Of a stretch of DNA of 39,705 nucleotides, positions 38,212 to 39,705 are shown in pieces. Source of the DNA: Promethearchaeota archaeon (GTDB taxonomy: Archaea > Asgardarchaeota > Lokiarchaeia > Sigyniarchaeales > SOKP01); assembly GCA_048941015.1 (NCBI GenBank), contig JBHLNZ010000029.1, positions 1 through 39,705 on the forward strand, in the 5' to 3' direction. The notes below the pieces were generated by a model. That model was not told where the DNA came from, ran no database searches, and saw only the letters and a list, made by a program, of their open reading frames with translations. Positions within the stretch are counted from its first letter, which is position 1; the number at the start of each line of letters is the position of its first letter. A program made the translations under genes and the position numbers.

Positions 38212-39705
38212 ATGACAGATTTAGTAAACAAATTATTCGACAAATCTTGGAATTACCATACAAGAAGTTCAATAATTACTCGTTTACAGCAGCAAGAATA
38301 TGATATCTTTATTATTGGAGCAGGCATTACAGGTGCAGGTGTTGCAAGAGAAGCTGCAATGAGAAATTTAAAAGTGGCTTTAGTTGACATGCAGGATTTC
38401 TCTGCTGGAACTTCTTCAAGAAGCTCAAAGTTAGCCCATGGAGGTATTAGATATCTTGCTCATGGAGATATGGACTTGGTAAAAGAAGCTACAAGAGAGA
38501 GAAATTGGATGAGAGTTCATATTCCTCACCTTGTTAGACCGATCCCTTTTCTATTTGTACAATTAGAAAGTGGAAAATATAACAAACGAACTATTATAGG
38601 AGCAGTTAAAATCTATGACTTTCTAAGTGATAAGGATTCGGAATTTAAGAATTATAAAAGCTACCAATGGTATTCTCCTGAAGAAATTTTTAAAATGGAG
38701 CCTGAATATATAAGAGAGGGAAATTTAGGAGGAGCAGTATATTATGATAATAATGTTGACGATGCAAGGTTGACTATTGAAACTATTAAAGAAGCAGTTA
38801 TAAGAGGAGCAGATGCTGTCAACTATTGTAAAGTAGTGGGTTATCTCAAAACTGACGGAAAAATTAGAGGCGTAAAATGTAAGGATCTGGAAAATGGTTT
38901 AAATTTTGAAGTAAAAGCGAAAATAGTTGTAAATGGTACAGGAATTTGGACCGATGAATTGATTGAAAAATATCCTAATGAAATACCTAAACCGCTGATT
39001 CGACCAACTAAAGGTGTTCATCTACAATACCACCGTAAGCATGTCAAAAATCGAATGGCTACCATAATTACATCAATTATAGATGATAGATCTTTTTTTG
39101 TCCTTCCAAGAGATGGAGATTTTACAATTATAGGAACTACTGATACAGATTATCGTGGAGATTTAGCAAATCCGTATTGTAGTAAAGAAGATGCTGATTA
39201 TTTAATAAAGTCAGTTCAATATTATTTTCCAAATGCAGAATTAGATTATAAAAATATATTATCAACATATGCGGGAATAAGACCTTTAGTAATGCAAAAA
39301 GGAAAATCAGAAAGTGAAATTTCTCGAAAACATATAATATTTTTTTCTGATGATGGTCTTTTAACGATTACGGGAGGAAAATTAACCGAATGGCGAGCAA
39401 TGGCGGAGGATCTATTTAATCATATCGAAGAAAGACAAATTTTTCATAATATAAAGAGAGAAAAGCATTTTTCAAGACAATTCTTTCAAATTAGCCTTGA
39501 AAAAGAAGTTTGGAACACTAAGTTTAAAGAATATAAACTCGCTTTAGATGAAGACATTGTCAATCATTTATATCAACAATATGGTAAAGGCGCATTTATA
39601 ATTCTTGATCTAATTAAAGATAATGATTACCTTAAAGCACGTATTATTGATGAAAATTATTTTATTAAAGCTGAAATTATCTATGTTCTTCGTTATGAGT
39701 TGACT
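38212..39705 (+). CDS. glpD: FAD-dependent glycerol-3-phosphate dehydrogenase (GlpD/GlpA family), partial (runs off the window end; not in ORF track)
   Basis: ATG 38212; IIGAGITGAGVAREAAMR, DFSAGTSSRSSKLAHGGIRYL, DDARL, RPTKGVHL, IGTTD, YAGIRPL, ITGGKLT. Confidence 0.9.
   Translation, partial: MTDLVNKLFDKSWNYHTRSSIITRLQQQEYDIFIIGAGITGAGVAREAAMRNLKVALVDMQDFSAGTSSRSSKLAHGGIRYLAHGDMDLVKEATRERNWMRVHIPHLVRPIPFLFVQLESGKYNKRTIIGAVKIYDFLSDKDSEFKNYKSYQWYSPEEIFKMEPEYIREGNLGGAVYYDNNVDDARLTIETIKEAVIRGADAVNYCKVVGYLKTDGKIRGVKCKDLENGLNFEVKAKIVVNGTGIWTDELIEKYPNEIPKPLIRPTKGVHLQYHRKHVKNRMATIITSIIDDRSFFVLPRDGDFTIIGTTDTDYRGDLANPYCSKEDADYLIKSVQYYFPNAELDYKNILSTYAGIRPLVMQKGKSESEISRKHIIFFSDDGLLTITGGKLTEWRAMAEDLFNHIEERQIFHNIKREKHFSRQFFQISLEKEVWNTKFKEYKLALDEDIVNHLYQQYGKGAFIILDLIKDNDYLKARIIDENYFIKAEIIYVLRYELT

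Noticed and set aside
1-39705. Selenocysteine read-through at TGA stops (e.g. 18022, 30976, 32049, 36921) or at the thiolase nucleophile position
   Set aside because: TGA-ending proteins are full length for their families; the thiolase codons are GGT/GGA, not TGA; no convincing SECIS seen.
1-39705. CRISPR array, tRNA/rRNA, IS element or provirus
   Set aside because: No regularly spaced repeats, cloverleafs, long GC-rich RNA-like tracts, transposase, integrase or virion genes seen by eye.

Overview
AT-rich archaeal chromosomal window, most likely Asgard/Lokiarchaeia. This assignment is an inference from archaeal-type CdhB/CdhC, Alba, an IPGY-TM-basic 'Loki-CTERM'-like sorting signal and many paralogous acyl-CoA enzymes. 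It holds about 37 CDS, two cut by the window edges; I found no tRNA, rRNA, CRISPR array or transposase. The left part has an Mre11/SbcD-like nuclease, a HEAT-repeat protein, a split ACDS cluster (cdhB-cdhC, divergent cooT-GNAT), alba, an orphan MTase-specificity fusion and a sequon-rich surface protein. The rest is mostly lipid/acyl-CoA catabolism: two thiolase-fold/DUF35 cassettes (one with SCP2), an acyl-CoA ligase, three crotonases with different catalytic residues, a CrtI/RetSat-like flavoprotein next to an FNR-2Fe2S reductase, a beta-keto acid cleavage enzyme, an acyl-CoA dehydrogenase and a glycerol-3-phosphate dehydrogenase, plus a polar amino-acid ABC transporter. Best candidates for new biology: (1) both thiolase-fold proteins have Gly at the nucleophilic Cys position, keep both His, and share a Cys two residues before the second His; (2) the CrtI-like + FNR-ferredoxin pair sits among isomerase-type crotonases in a Wood-Ljungdahl anaerobe. 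Smaller signals: an apparent ATA start codon, an unannotated 20-aa basic ORF upstream of alba, and a decayed 82-bp duplication. All products were assigned by reading motifs; no searches were run.
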